From NCBI GenBank assembly GCA_036172245.1, contig JAYWIR010000003.1, forward strand, positions 3,658,001-3,722,000: DNA of 64,000 bases. Reading direction: 5' to 3'. Shown here in pieces: positions 12,701-25,960 of this stretch. The notes under the pieces were generated by a model. It searched no databases. It was not told the DNA's origin and saw only the letters and a program-made list of their open reading frames with translations. Numbering within the stretch: position 1 is the first letter of the stretch; every line of letters starts with the position of its first letter. The translations under genes were made by a program, and so were the position numbers. The DNA is from Raillietiella orientalis (lineage: Eukaryota).

Positions 12701-13399
12701 TCATCCCAGGCCAGCAGTAACGACCTCCTCATGAGGTCGTTGATGCTGGACTTTTCTTTTTAAGACAGGAAAAAAACGGTGACTTCCTTCGGATGTACCG
12801 ATAGGACCTTCCGTCCTAACGCATAGCTCAGCAGAGGTTTGCTCGAGTGGACCAAGACGCTTCCGGGCTCTCGCGTCCAGGTGGCCGGCGCCCAGCATCG
12901 GCAGGTCGCCTCGTGTCAAACGGCGGTCCCTGCTGTTGACACGGAGCAAACTGGTACGTTGGGGAGGGGGGGGTCCTGGGACAGCTTCTGTGAAAGTGGG
13001 GGCTGAAGAAGCGGGGGGGGGGGAAGAACATCACAGGAAGACGGTACTTTCGTGGGCAAGACGGACGAAGAGTCCACGATGCAGCTGCGCTACGGACGGT
13101 ACCATGGATCATCATTTTTTTTGGTTTTGTTTCCGTTTTCCGAGGTCCCGAAGGCTGAGCTCTTCGAGAAGACCACGAGGTTCTCATTCCTTGCAAACCC
13201 AGCCAACGATCAGTCCGCATGGCTTCGTGGATGCACGAGCACCCCAGCACGTGTTGCCTTGCTCCTCTGCCTCTCCTCTAGCCCCCTCCCCCCCCAAAAA
13301 AAAAACTAGAAAGACCTCGGCTGGAATTTCCGGGAGCCTCCCTGAACGCAAGCCTCTGGAACGAAGACCCACGAGGTCACAACCGGAACAGCTCGCGTC

Positions 13400-15450
13400 A
13401 TCCCTCCGCAAAGCCAAGGGAATCGTCTGAGGCCGCACGCGAACTGGGGATTTTTCAGCGCGACTACAGACAAGCAGCATCCCTGCCGTCCGCGCCGAAT
13501 CGAGATTGATGGTCATCCAGAAGATACCGGGAGTGAATTCAGGAAGAAGCGGACGGGAATACAGCTCTGGCACTGTCGCTATTTCATGAGGAAGTGGGGG
13601 ACACCTCCTGGAAGCATGAGTGAGCGGAGATCCCGTGAGTGTGAGGTCCTTCCACCACCGTTCGAAATGACTCAAGATTAGTGGTGCAGAATCCCTCGAA
13701 TCTGCAGAGATTAGCTTTTCCCTGGTCGCGGTTCAGGAAGGCGTCACAGCCAAGCGCGTCCGCCGCACGCGGCCTCGGCTCGCGGGGGAGGCCAAGAAGT
13801 GGAGGCGTCCAGGGCAGCGCCCAGGGCCCGGGGTGGACGACGCGAGCGCCCGGGGGGGCAGAGTTCGAGCTGCGCGGCAGAACACTCGGGTAGGATGGCG
13901 TGGGAGGCGTGGGACCTTGTGCTAAGAAGCCAGCGAAGAGCTCTCGGGCAGCCGGGTCCCGGCGGGGAAGTTGGACGGCGTCCAAGGCTGCGTTGATGGC
14001 TTTCAGAACAGACGGGAAGGAATTTGGGAACCGGCGGCGCGGGAAACGAGCCATCGCCGCGGATCAAAGCGCGCGCGCGCACTCCGGGAAGCGATGAAGA
14101 TGCTCGGGTGCTCTCCGCGTTCCCCTTTCTCCCCTTTGGCGGAACGGCCGACGAGCCAGGAACGCTCTTCCGCTGCATCCTCGGCCCCGTCGCTCGCGTA
14201 GCCAGTCGGCGGGCTTTCAGAAAGTACCGTCGGGATGCGTCATCCGCGCCGGAAGCCACGAGCCCGACCCCCGGCGTGTGCTCTCACAGACACGTCGCGG
14301 CCTCGTTGCGGGGGCGGACGAGGGAGGAAGGGGGAAGGCGACCGACAGGGCACGCGGCGCCGCTCCACTTTCGACGCGGATCCGGCTTGGCGCGGGACGG
14401 CTCCCTGGGATCGTCCTGGAATAGGACGTGATGGTAGGTTGACACGTGCTGGGATGCCTCTACACCGTCGAAGTCTTGCCCGCTCTGCGCAGGGAACCCT
14501 TCTCCCCAGCGGGGTCCCCAGGGAGTGCGGTGCTTTCCGCTTCCGGCCGGCGCGTGTCGGTCCTTCTTCTGTGATGGCAAGGGAGGGCTCTGCGAGGGAG
14601 AGAGGAAAGTGGGGATCCGCGAGGGTCCAAAGCAGCGGGAGCATCGACGTCCCGCGTTCCTTCAGCGGAGCGCCAGCCGGGAGTGATTTGCTCCGCCTGC
14701 TTGGTGCTCTCGCTAGAGGGAGCCCGCGTTTCCATCCGGAGTGCGGGCAAGAGGCAATACGTCGATCCTCCAGGACCCCTTCCGAGAAGGGGAAGGGTAG
14801 TTGACTTTTCGCTCTGCACGGGCAGGGAACCGGATGAGCGCGCAGCGCCCTTTCGCTGCTGAGGACGCGGCCCGAATGCGGTCCTCGGCGTCTCGCCAGG
14901 CGCAAGAAAACCAGCTCTGCTGACGAGGGCTGGAAGATGGAAGGGGAGAGGGGGCATCCAGTCCTGCCGTTGGGACCTTCCGGCCGCGAAGCACATTCCG
15001 GACGAGATCCCCGTTGGATTTCCTTGACGTGGGGGAACCCCCTCTACCTGGAGGAGCTGCAAGGAACGTAGACTCCCGGTGGTCCGTGGCAAACCGAGGG
15101 CATGCCATTTCGAAATACGGGACTGTGGGAGACCCCCCGAGGTCGTGCGCATCGCACTCGAAGTACACTGCGATCCCACGTCAACGGACCTGCCCTGGAG
15201 AAGGAGTGGCATTGCAGGAGGAGGAGGAAGGAAGAAAGAGTCCTTCTTTCCCTCCTCCTCTATTCCTCTTCCTCCTCCTCCCTTCCGGGACGACGCATGC
15301 AGCTCTCGGGGAAGCGGACTCTTCCCTGGTCGATTCGCAGTTCTTCGAAGGGCAGTCGCTGGATACCAGGGGAGGTCGGCGATCCCGAGCTTGCGGGTCG
15401 GCGTCAAGGCGACCGGGTGTGCCTCGAAGAGGCACTTTCCACGGAACCAC
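13400..15450 (-). mobile_element. Decayed Tx1/L1-like ORF2 (RT to C-terminal zinc finger)
   Basis: Degenerate motifs in order: HPVALTPTRKLGIADL, NGDLVRNVLRGR / RQDWMPPLPFHL (VNG...RGVRQGCPLSP-like), APSRRSKSL, HSLGTPLG, LPSRPIPGR, CRFEGFCTTNLESF. Confidence 0.5.
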
Positions 15451-15884
15451 GAATTTGGGCCCACGTAGCCACGCGGACTCGACGCACCGGGCTCGGAAAT
15501 CGAACGCTCGCCGAAGAGGGAATCGCGAAGATCGGAAACCGCGACGGAATCGCTGATCCCTTTCCCCCAGACGCGCCGTTCCTTCTCGAATTTTCGTTGC
15601 GCGGATCTACGTCCACCGGACGGGGATGAATCGGCAGCTTCGCTGCTGCTTTGCTCAATCGGCTTGCTCGCGGAGCCATGCAAAGTTTTTCCAGGGCCTC
15701 CATCTTTGCTCCAAGGAACTCCACCGTGGGGCGGGGAAGGGGGGGGGGGGCAGAAAGTTCCCTGCGCTCTTTTGGTTCCTGAGCGCTTCGACATGTGCAG
15801 ACTTGGAATATTCGATTTCCGAACGCTGCGCGCGCGCTCCTTGTATCCAGAGGCTGCGTCACGAGTGGGGGTCCTCGTTAACTG

Positions 15885-16680
15885 CGCGCGGAGACTTCAG
15901 CGTGGTACCAGGGGTCATGGGTTCGAATCCTCACATGGAGGATCGACGCCGAGTAACGGGTGCGAGTCGTGGGTTTTGGGTCCCTCCCGCAGGATGACAC
16001 TGGTTGACCTACGGGCTTCGGGTGCGGCACCGGTGGAAGCCGGACGCCCCCGTTGACTGGCCGGTATTGGAAGGCGAACCTCCGGCGTTCTTCCAGGACA
16101 TCGAGGAGCCTCGATGTTCTCTTCCGGTTGTGCAAATGGGACCGTGCATCTCGAGCCATGGAGCTGTTGGATCGATCCTGCCTCTCCAGGGCGTCTAGAA
16201 GTGCACTGCTCCCTTGGAGAGCGACCTTTCAGAGAAATTTGGAGGCATCCCTTCGGGGTTTTCTTCAGAGAAGGAACCAGGAGAGGATCCTTTCCGGGTT
16301 TCCGGCTTTCGGAGAAGGAACAATGGAGTGGTCCCCTGCAGGGAGTCCCTCTGGGGAGAATAAGGAAGTGGTTCCCTTCGAAGACGTCCAGGGTGGAGCG
16401 GGATGGTCCCGTCCCAAGAGTAATAGAGGAACGGACTCTTTCCTCCAGAGTCTTTCCGGATTTATAGGGTGATCCTCTCCAGAGGTACTCCCCAACTTGA
16501 AGCGTCACTTTCACCTTCAAATGGAAGGACGGCGTTAAAGAGCTTCGTGAGCCCCCTTCCACCCCTCCCTCCTCCCTCCCTCTCCCTTAGGGAAGCGAAC
16601 GGTTCTTCAGCACCCCTTGAGAACCAAAGAAAAGGAAAACTCGAGACGAAGAGCAAGAAAAGAGAACTGGAAAGCAGAAA
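15885..16680. repeat. Dispersed repeat copy B (same family as 11905-12700)
   Basis: Same shared blocks as copy A, with B-box-like ggttcgaatcc at 15920-15930 and an A-rich right end. Confidence 0.75.
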
Positions 16681-17054
16681 AACACACCGTTGAGACACTT
16701 CACTTCCCCGGCGGTGACCCACGGGACCTGTTTAAGGGAAGGCCGGCCACTCCCCAGGGTTGCCAGATGCTTCCCCTCTGAGCACCACTTCTTAGTTTCG
16801 ACCTAACCTTCGACTTTTGCCTTCGAAAATCTTTAAATTCAAAAATTGCCAAAAATCGACATCCGACCAGCTTCCCAGCTGAACATAAAACTGAAAATTC
16901 TACTTTCGGATTCTAGAACCAACCATCCTGGGTCAAACTCATTGAACAGACTGCTATACTAAAGGGACGCAGACCTGCATTATGTTACAATAGCAGACCA
17001 TAAAGTACACTGTGAAGTATTTATTATAAATAACGCTCCTTTTTTCCAATTGTA

Positions 17055-17623
17055 TTAACCCTTTGGGTGCGGAGCTCATCAGATTGAAACGTTCCGTGTT
17101 GACGGCACGCGAGTCACAGCTGCGATCTCGGTGGACGGAACGCTTTTTCGCGTACCGCGTGCTCTATCAGAGGTGCCATCGATTGACTTTATCTGAAGTG
17201 CTGATTAATGTTGCTATTGTAATTGTTTGTTTACACTACATTAAATAAAATACTTTCAGTTTTCCCAAACATTTCTTGTCTATATTTGGCTATTCTATTA
17301 TCTGTGATGCCTTTCATATCTTCGGAGTCAGATAACTATGAAAACCACAGGGATATTTTCCCAATTTCACCGTCACATTCTTCATTCGAATCCGACTCTT
17401 CACCCATGTCGCCGTCGTCTCTTGCAATAATCTCTCCAAAATTATTCGACATTTTAAAGATATTACAAAGATAAAAAAAAAAACAATATAATAAATTACA
17501 TACGACACCGGGAAAACCGAGAATCGTTAGCCGATATAAATAGAATTTTGTTTACTTTCGTTGCCAAGGGAATCATAAGAACACGTAAGTGCATGCATCC
17601 ATCTCAAACATGGATAGCGTTAA
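17055..17623 (-). mobile_element. Possible piggyBac-like remnant
   Basis: TTAA-CCCTTT at 17055, AT-rich body, and an acidic minus-strand peptide (MSNNFGEIIARDDGDMGEESDSNEECDGE). The right end (gcgTTAA) is a poor TIR match. Confidence 0.25.
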
Positions 17624-19299
17624 CGTGTGTCGCGAGTATAAGGTAAGAACATTTGCCAAACGCATGGATGCGTCCATGGTCCACGGCGATAATGTTTGCC
17701 GAACACATACATGAGTCCATAGCGCACGCTAATGGTTTTCGTCGGGTGCATCTATGCGTCCATAGCACTCAACTGCCCCAACATATCACGCGCAGCCTCA
17801 CTCCATCCAACTTTTATCAACCAACTCCAGCAGCGGAAGCCGCCAAGATGAAGGAGGAACGTAGGCACATCCCAAAGAGCCTCTTGCTCACATGCTAAGG
17901 GCGTTGAAGTGGTCCAATCTGGGACATGAGGGAGAAGGGAGGGAACCTCCTGGAGACCGTGATCAGACTGACCCACACCGGCGAATGTGGGCCTCTTCCC
18001 GTCGGCTCCCTGCCTTCTCAGGGCCCTCGGAGATGGAGTCTAGCAAGCTGAGGGCGGTGGGCATCCCGGTCCTCATTTATTTTATTTATTGTCTCCTCTC
18101 CCTGGTCCCGTCCCTGGGGAGTGCGCGGGTGCCCTCCACTCCTGACCGGCACATGCTGGTCCTTTTCTGATGGCATGGTAATTTTTTTTTCTTTTTTTTT
18201 ATTTACTTTAAACAAACGGCCCGACGATCCGGCACGAGAAGATCCGGCAAACTGCTCTCCCTTTCCCCGTCTGCTTCCTTCCTTGACCTTCATCGTGGCT
18301 GTGCGATCCGCTGACTGCATACGCTGAAAGGGGAAGTAGCGGAGCGACCTCGATGGCTCCGGGCTTGCACGGCTGGAAAGCACGCAGACCCTAATCGAAA
18401 AGCACGAAAACCCTCAGAGCGAAACTTTTCTTTCCCCGCGGAACTTTCGCCCACGGGCTCAAGGAAACTGCGGAAATCTTCGACTGGAGCCGAACGCGTT
18501 CACACCTTGGGCTCACCAAGTGCCTCCTCCCCCGCCCCACCCACACTTCATGCGACAGACCCACCGCATTAGCCCATAAATCAACGCAACCGCACCCGTA
18601 AAAGGAGCGTCAGAGTCAGAGGACGGAAGGACCCACCGGCAAACGAGGACAGTGAGGGCACCCGTACGCGATCTGGAAAGTCGGTCAGTGACCTGGGGAC
18701 ATGGGAATGCCCGGACAGCGGAATCGAATTCCCTCGTGGCCAAGCCCTCAGATGCTCCGCCTTTTGCGCAAGCGCGCGAGGCGAGCGCGGAGGTCGGCGG
18801 GGGGTGATAGAGCGCGCCGCTTGCTCCGGGCGGAGTCTGCAGCGCGTGCTGCCAAGATTTCCTTTCGTCAGGTGAATCCAACATTGACGATGTGACCCAT
18901 CGTCGAAACGGAAGCGGCCGTCAAGTAAACGAAAAGGTCAGAAGGAAGTTCGAATGGCACGAAATCTAAGGTCGGAAGGATCCGCTCGACCACTGCACCA
19001 GACGCTTTGCACTTTGAGGTAACGAACTCGACACGCAAGGGACACACAAATGGAGGGGACGTGAGCCGTTTTTAGGTGGTTGCCGTGGCTGACTCAGAGT
19101 CGCATTCTGTAACTGAGGCAGCTGGCTGAAGCCTTCCTCTCAAGTGGGAAAGCACCAGAACACCTGCCGTGGTCGGCTGGAGAGAAGTTCCAGGTCACGT
19201 CGGAGATCACGTTGCAGGCGAAGCCCCAAGGAGCTCCAGGTCCGGACAGCAAAAGAATTTTTTGCTTTTCTTTTCACCCCGCGCAGCTACAGGCCGTAG

Positions 19300-20390
19300 T
19301 GCCGCAGAGCTCACGCCCTCCGAACTCTGTGCTGCGCGCGGACGAAACCTAGAAGGTTGCGGAAAGAACCGCCTGCTCCCCCAAGAACGGGCGGTAGGAG
19401 GCCAGCCCTGTGGTCTGCGGGGGACCTTCGACCTCATGAATGGGTGGAAGGTGCGGCGAGGGAACCGGAACGCGAGCCAACGCTCGCTTATCGTGCCGAG
19501 AGGGACTCGTGTCATGACGGGCTTCCTCCAGCCCGACTCACCCCTCGCCTGGAAATCCAGCAGCAAAAGTCCCGCTGACCCGCTCGAAGACTGATGGTGT
19601 GCTGACCATTTTTCTGCTTTCCGCCGCTTCTGTCCTGTTGAACCGCGTTATCATGCGGTGAGCCGGACCTCCGAAACCGAGACGTTATCGTCACTGGACA
19701 GTGCAACGAGCCACCCTTCCACTCCTGGCACTCCTTCGATGGCAACGTCTTCTCCTGAGAAGGCGACGTCGGCCTGGAAGCCACCAGCATTCGAAAGCTG
19801 CTGCCTGCGACTCATTCCGGCCTGTTTCTTAGCCAATTACAACAGCGACGAGCCAGCGATGTGAAACGTGCCCGGGAAGAGGTGACGGGAGAGGATTACC
19901 TCAGCGGAAGGCGGAAGAAGGAGTGGTCGGAAGCAGAGAAAGCGTGTTGGATGCCTGCCATCCGCGCTGAAACTGCCTAGGCGGCGGGCTTCAGGAGGCG
20001 GATCGCCACGGATGGCATTCGACTGGCGGGAGATAGCTAGCCGCGGCGGCCACCTGACGGACAAGGAGCCACAAGCGTTGACGGGTCATCAAGAGGCGGT
20101 GAAAACCTCTTGATGACCCGTCAACGCTTGGGTTACCCAGGCGGTAAAGAAGGTCCTGCAGAAACTCCTAGCAGCAGCCAGAGATCTCGTCTGATTCGTT
20201 GGAAAGTTTCAAGCAGGTGCAGCGAGAAGAGATAGAACGAAGAAGGATAAACCGCTTGACCTTGGGTTCGAATTCAGAAACCCCCGGCCGACTGGATGAT
20301 AGAAGGTTTCCAACACCTGCTTTGTGCTCCCCCTTGGAAGATTGGAGTTCCCTCTCACAGCTGCTAATTGCATGCCTACTGTGATCTTTG
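19300..20390 (+). mobile_element. Decayed LINE ORF2 fragment (AP-endonuclease and pre-RT linker)
   Basis: MNGWKVRRGNRN, RDVIVTGQCNE...HSW (GDFN...W-like), LANYNSDEP, then FKQVQREEIE...TPGRLDD...LSQLLIACL (EEV...SPGPDG...L..LFN.CL-like). Confidence 0.45.
20072..20130. repeat. Perfect 25-bp inverted repeat with a 9-nt loop
   Basis: caagcgttgacgggtcatcaagagg (20072-20096) and its exact reverse complement (20106-20130); loop cggtgaaaa. Confidence 0.98.
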
Positions 20391-22812
20391 CATGAAGAAA
20401 AAAAAAAAAAAAAAATGCTCACCACAGCGTGCTGAATTGTACGTGGGTTTCGGACTCGCGCAAATGTTTCCATGGCACCGGTAGCCTATGACGACGAGGT
20501 AGCGTCCTGAAGCGCACCTATTTCTTAGCGGGAAGAGTTGCCGCTGCGCGCGGAACCCTGGGGGATTCGATGTTTACGACAGCGACAAATCAGTCGTCGG
20601 CTGCATCGTCAACGGCCGGTCAATAAACAGGAAGTGTTGGGTCACATCGGCCTCTTCAAGAAGGCAGGGCTTCCATCCCGTTTTCAGGAGAAAAGAAAGA
20701 AAGAAAGAAATGATCTGCGAAAGCTCTGCGCCGCGAGAGACCTTGATGGTGACAAGTGGCCACGCTTGCCGCTGCGTAGCCAGGTGGATTCGAAAGAGAG
20801 TCGCAAGTCTCCTCCTCCTCCGAGACCACCAGACGGTGAGTTGATTCCCCGAAGCATTGCTTTCGCTTGCGACACGCTGCCTTCACTTCTGCAGCGCCTC
20901 GAAAATTTTGCGAGATGCGCCGAAGCGTCAATGGGTTTCGCTGTGCGCACAAATACGACGTGCCGTTATACAATGCATCGCGGATAGTCTCTATCTACAA
21001 ATGTAATGTGTGCCATTCGCACTATTTACCTACCAAACGAAAGAATAGTCTTCTTGAATTGCTCATGTATAGCATGAGGTGTGTGTGTATACAGGCGCGT
21101 GTACACAGCGCATAAAAAATCCATTACACGATTCGCCGTGCACAGCCTCGGATCGTACGAGGTCTTTTCGTCCCCCGCCGAACACCCGCGGACTACACAT
21201 GTGTGCGGACTACCTACTATTTCAAACCCCACGATCGATAGAACGTCAGAGACTGGGAACATCTCGCGGATATTGTCATCCCAATGCACAATCAGGCGGG
21301 GTTCAAAGCATGAATTCCCTACCCCTTTTGTGACACGCGAGAGAAATATGCCCCTCAGCCATCACTGGTAAGAGGAATCAAGGCATCGCCGCGTTCCCCG
21401 ACTCCGAAGGACCACGCACGTGGGCGGACTGCGCGGTGACACTTTCGTAATAAAGTGCGGGACCTACTCGAGGACGGAGTAGCATTTCCGGGTTACGATG
21501 AAGTCACAAACGCGGACGGCACGCGGGACATTCGGGGTATCGAAAATACCTATGCATCTATCCTCATAAATATGGAAGACCATTTGTAAGCAGCATACTT
21601 GTGCTTCCAGCACATCGCTCTGAGTGCTAGGAGAGATGCGGCTAATGAACCTTTTATGGGATCAGTCGCGATATGTTTCCGAAAGCAGGATCAGTGAATC
21701 GTGACTAGTAGCCTCTACCAGATGGCGTGACGTCACTCCCGCAAGCTTCCCGATGAGGCAGCGTTTCAGAGACGCTCTCCTTAGGGGGATCGTCCGGGAC
21801 GGCTTCCGGCCGGTCGGCTCCTCCACCAGGCGCTCACTTCTTGAGGAAGGCCGAGAGCTGACGGTACGCTCCCGAGTGGAATTCGGAATCAGCTGCCACT
21901 GTTGAAGTGGCGGCACACGGGATGGGGCGCCTGCGTGAAGGGAAGGTCAAAAATTCCGGCCCGGGATCCTCTGGCTCCTCTACAACTCCACCACCGCCGG
22001 CTCCGTGGACTCGGTGTTCAGGAAGGATTCTAAGAGGAAATCGGAGCGCGCACTCCCCTTTCCCTGGAGGCGTGAGTCCCAAGGAGGCAACTCGCACTTG
22101 GGTCTGCGCGTTATGACCATGTGGACGATTATCGTGGGTCGTGTTATTGCCTGACGCTCCATCGCGTGCTGTCAAATAGATCATAGCCCCCCAAATCAGC
22201 AATAACCGGTCCCCTTCGACTATGGACGGCTAGCTCCCTGCCATCGGGGAGATCGACGATCTGTCTCCTCATCCGATAAAAAAATTAACTGCAGCGTTCA
22301 TCAGCTCTCTGTCTCCATGACTACCGCTCACTCCGATGGAGGCTGTTTTTCTCACCTGCGATACGGGCTCGAGCTTTTCCTCCACCTTACAGACTAATCC
22401 TCGCACCTTGCGACCACCATAGAAAGCCTCCTGGAACTAGGTGACCACTATTGCATGCATATGTACCTACGTTTATGTTTCCATGGAGCCTGTCACACAT
22501 CCAGATCTTTACGAGGAGGCCAGTATAAATGCGAACGTCCATCCTCGTGTGTGAGCGTGAAAAATGCATTGGTAGTACGCCTGTGTTACATTATTTATTC
22601 ACATATGAAATAAATACCACAATTTTTTTTTTTGGTGCACGCGCACGCACCACCTTGCGTTTGTTACGCGGAGTATTCCCGGGGAAGGGAAAACACGAAA
22701 GAGAGCGCGGGGGGCATGGCGGAAGCCACGATGACCCCGCTGAGGCGATTGCTGCGAAAGGTACGCTGCTTTTCCCCTCGGGGGGGGAAGGGGCGGTTTT
22801 CGTCACCCGCGG

Positions 22813-23170
22813 TCACGTGGTGCTCGGGCACGCGCGACAACATGGCGTCCGCTACATGGTTTCTTTTACCCGGTCGCCGCGAGTCCCTTGGCGGCACGTG
22901 ACGATGATGATGGATGTGCGAAGTCCGCGGTCACTCTCTAGGGAAGCCGGCAACTCCCGATCACGTGTCGCTCGACGGGCCGGCGTGTCGCTGCGGGCGC
23001 GCGCGACGAGACGTCGCATCGGGCAGCAAGGGGGCGATCCCGGCGGCGACTTCACGCAGCCTCGGGAGCGAGTCCGGTCTCCGTCGGGCCGGAGGAGCCC
23101 CTCCTGCCTGCCAGGGCTCGCGGAGAGCGGAACTCCGAGCGGGGCGAGTACTGACGTCAGATCTGCGTCA
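22813..23170. promoter_or_regulatory. Candidate cis-regulatory cluster: three TCACGTG-type E-boxes and a full CRE
   Basis: CACGTG at 22814, 22895 and 22962, each reading TCACGTG on one strand. CTGACGTCAG at 23151-23160 and TGCGTCA at 23164. Very CpG-dense context. Confidence 0.4.
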
Positions 23171-25679
23171 CCCGCGCACGCGCGCTCGCTTCGCCTTCTC
23201 CCGTTGTTACCCCCCTCCTCCGTAACTGGGATGCAGGGAGCCGGCAGGCGCGTGCGCAGGCATTCTTGAATTGGTCCGTTCGAGAGTTCGCCTTTACCGC
23301 GCATTTATGTGAGTCCACGCGTGCGCAGCTCCTCTGACGTGCACACGAGCGTGCAGGCAGCGGGCGCAGTGTACGTTTTTTTGGCTCGGTCGAACCTCGA
23401 CTCGTGCCTTCCGATTCTGCCGCATGGCAGCCCTGCGTCCAGGGGGTCATCCCTTGACCCGACGCACTCCTCAACCAGCTGGCCGATGCCAGCCAATCCG
23501 CCTCGCCCTTTCCCACCGCGCGAAACAGCAGCAGCTACGTGGTGGTACGCCTTCTGCAGACCCCGTGCCATCTCCGGAGTCGAACCGGCAGCCCGTCCAC
23601 CTTCGGGGTGGTTGGGCAGCGCCCTTTCGGAGACGGAGAGGTCTTTGCGCGACCAGGACGGCCGGGGACGGACCGGACCTGGGAATCTCCGACTCCAGAG
23701 GCCCTTGGGAAGGGGAAACCAAGGAGGAAGAAGGGCAGGTGCTCTGTCCGCCATCGGTTGCGAGGCGTCGGCCGTCGAAGGTGGACGAGCGATTGCATGC
23801 GCGCCGGCGTTCCTCGGAGCGTCGCTGGCGAGCCGAAGGAAGACAGGGCGCCTGCGCGGATGGAGCGAGTGCGGTGCCCAGGCGCGTGGCAGCGAGCGAC
23901 GGGTCGGCGGGACGTCCCTCCGACCGGCAGCGTCCGGAGGCGCGTGCGAGCTCCTGGCCCGAGTTCCTCTTCTTCTGGGCCAAGCGCCGGCTAAAGCAGG
24001 TCACCTGGTTGCCGTGGAGAAGAGCAGGGGCCGTCGCGCGCGCCATCCCGCTTGATCGCCTCCCCCCTCCCCTTCCTTCCTGCATACCGTGCCGGATCCG
24101 CCCTACCTGGGAACGCCATCTTCTCGGTGTCGAAGCCTTTGCCGCCGTGTCAGGAGTCCAGTGGCTCGGGGTGGCGACGGAAGTCCAGTGAGAAAAGTCA
24201 GGAGGCTGTCGCCGGGGAAACGAGACCCACGCTCCCTACCGGAGAGGCTTTCCCGGGCCGCACCGTGCCGAGGAGGGGCACCGACGCGCAGTTTCTATTT
24301 CTGGATGCGCTGCTGCACCGCTTCCCCGAGGTCTCGTGCCAAGGCGCGGATCCCCCGAGCGGGAGAGACACCGCTCCTGGGAGCGGCAAAGTGCCCGCGC
24401 AGTGACGTCGCCGGCAGGCTTGCCTCGCTCCCTCCCGTCCGCGGAGGACGGGACGAAGGGGCGAGAGTCATGAGGACCGGGGGGGCACGTGCCTCGTCCT
24501 GACGATGCGTTCTCGAGACACGCTTGCTCCGTATCAGAGAAGCGGCTCTCCTCGTCAAGGACGTGCCCTCCGGATCCCGCTGCTGGTTGCCTCCAGGGAC
24601 GAGGAGGAGCTTACCAGGGCAACGGGGAGGAGGCGAGGGGGAGAGGGAAGGCAAGAAAGGGCACTTCGCAGAAGTCTCACAGGCAGAACCCCGAACTGGC
24701 AGCATAGCTCCGCGTGCGTCTGCCTGCTTCCCTTCGTCTCTAAGGAAACGCGGGTGCCGCAGTCGGGCACCCACACTAGTTCCGGAGCTCTCCCCTTTGA
24801 GGAAGGAGGACGGGGAGGGACAAAGGAATACGATTATCCTTTCCGTGAGGTGCCTGCTTCCTTTGTGCGTCCAGTTTGGTCGAAGCCCCACGGCCGCGCG
24901 GAGCCGCTCTTTCGCGTCCCGAGGAACTCCTCTCTCCACGCTCGGGGAGAAAGCGGAGCGAACGGGTTCCGCTGCGCCCGTGGGCTCCTGGTTCACCCCG
25001 TGCTCCTTCCCTCCACGAGCACCTCAACAGCCGGCGCAGCATGACCGACAACGCTTCTTTGGTGCACTGATGGCTCGTCATCGGCTATATTGTGGGATAC
25101 GCACTTTGCCGCGGAACTGTTCTGATTGGACGTTCCCGCTGCTTCGCTTCCGGGCAGTTAGAATTTGCCGGTTGACGAATTTTCACTGCGACGTAATGCC
25201 GATGCCACACCCACGAGTAGGGGGTAGGGTAGGGGGGGTGCATGCGAAGCATCGGAGAGCACACTTTGGTTCCGAAGCCCTCCCGCCGTGGAACCCCCCC
25301 TGGCCTGGCTTTGGTTCCCTCTGCTTGCGGAAATTGCCTGAAACAAGGAAACAGCAGCTTCTCCATCAGTCCCGCGTCCGTCCGTGCGATTGCAAGTCCT
25401 GTCGAATTCTCTTGCCAAATGTTTTCGTCTCCCCCCTCCCCCTCCCAAAAAAAAAAAAGAGAGAGAGAGGGAGGGCGAGAGAGGAAAATGATGCGGTTGC
25501 TGCGCACGATTCTCCAGTCTTGAGCTGGAACGTGCTGCACGGTCGCATCTCGCGCTGCGCCCACACGGTCGCGTATGCGTCTGCACACGGGAGAGAATAC
25601 GTGCACGCAGCATCCGAAAGCGAAAATAGCAGCCAACGTGAACCACTCTGGTGGCAGCAGAGGAAACTACCGTCAAGTT

Positions 25680-25960
25680 TGATGAAACGATCCTGTGGGA
25701 GTCTCGCGTGAGACCTTCGCACGTAAAGTCGGTCCCCGTGTGTAAGAGCAGAGTGACGCATGCCACTACCGGCCCAGCATTCAGAAACTCCCAACACTTC
25801 GAACCCATTAGCCCCCTTAAATCGAGTTACATCAATTACACCTTGAAGCAGGGACTCCGCTGCAAGCGGCCCTGGGGACCGGTGGGAAGCTTTCCCGAAA
25901 GCTGCTGGGAAGAGGCAAGGGAGGTGCCGTGCTGGTTTCCAGAAAGGTCAATTTGCAGCG
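25680..25960 (+). mobile_element. Possible pogo/Tigger-like DDE transposase relic
   Basis: ILWESRVRPSH...NSQHFEPISPLKSSY...CWEEA loosely follows LLLD...H...QPLD...PLK..Y...AW spacing. Confidence 0.2.

Noticed and set aside
16755..16930. CAGGGTTGCCA-type MITE end
   Set aside because: No convincing partner TIR or TSD.
17060..17095. Hammerhead ribozyme at a minus-strand CTGATGA (other CTGATGA sites also examined)
   Set aside because: No correctly placed stem II and GAAA core.
21329..21508. Solo-LTR-like segment (tgtgac...gtcaca with AATAAA)
   Set aside because: No target-site duplication and no second copy seen; short inverted ends can arise by chance.
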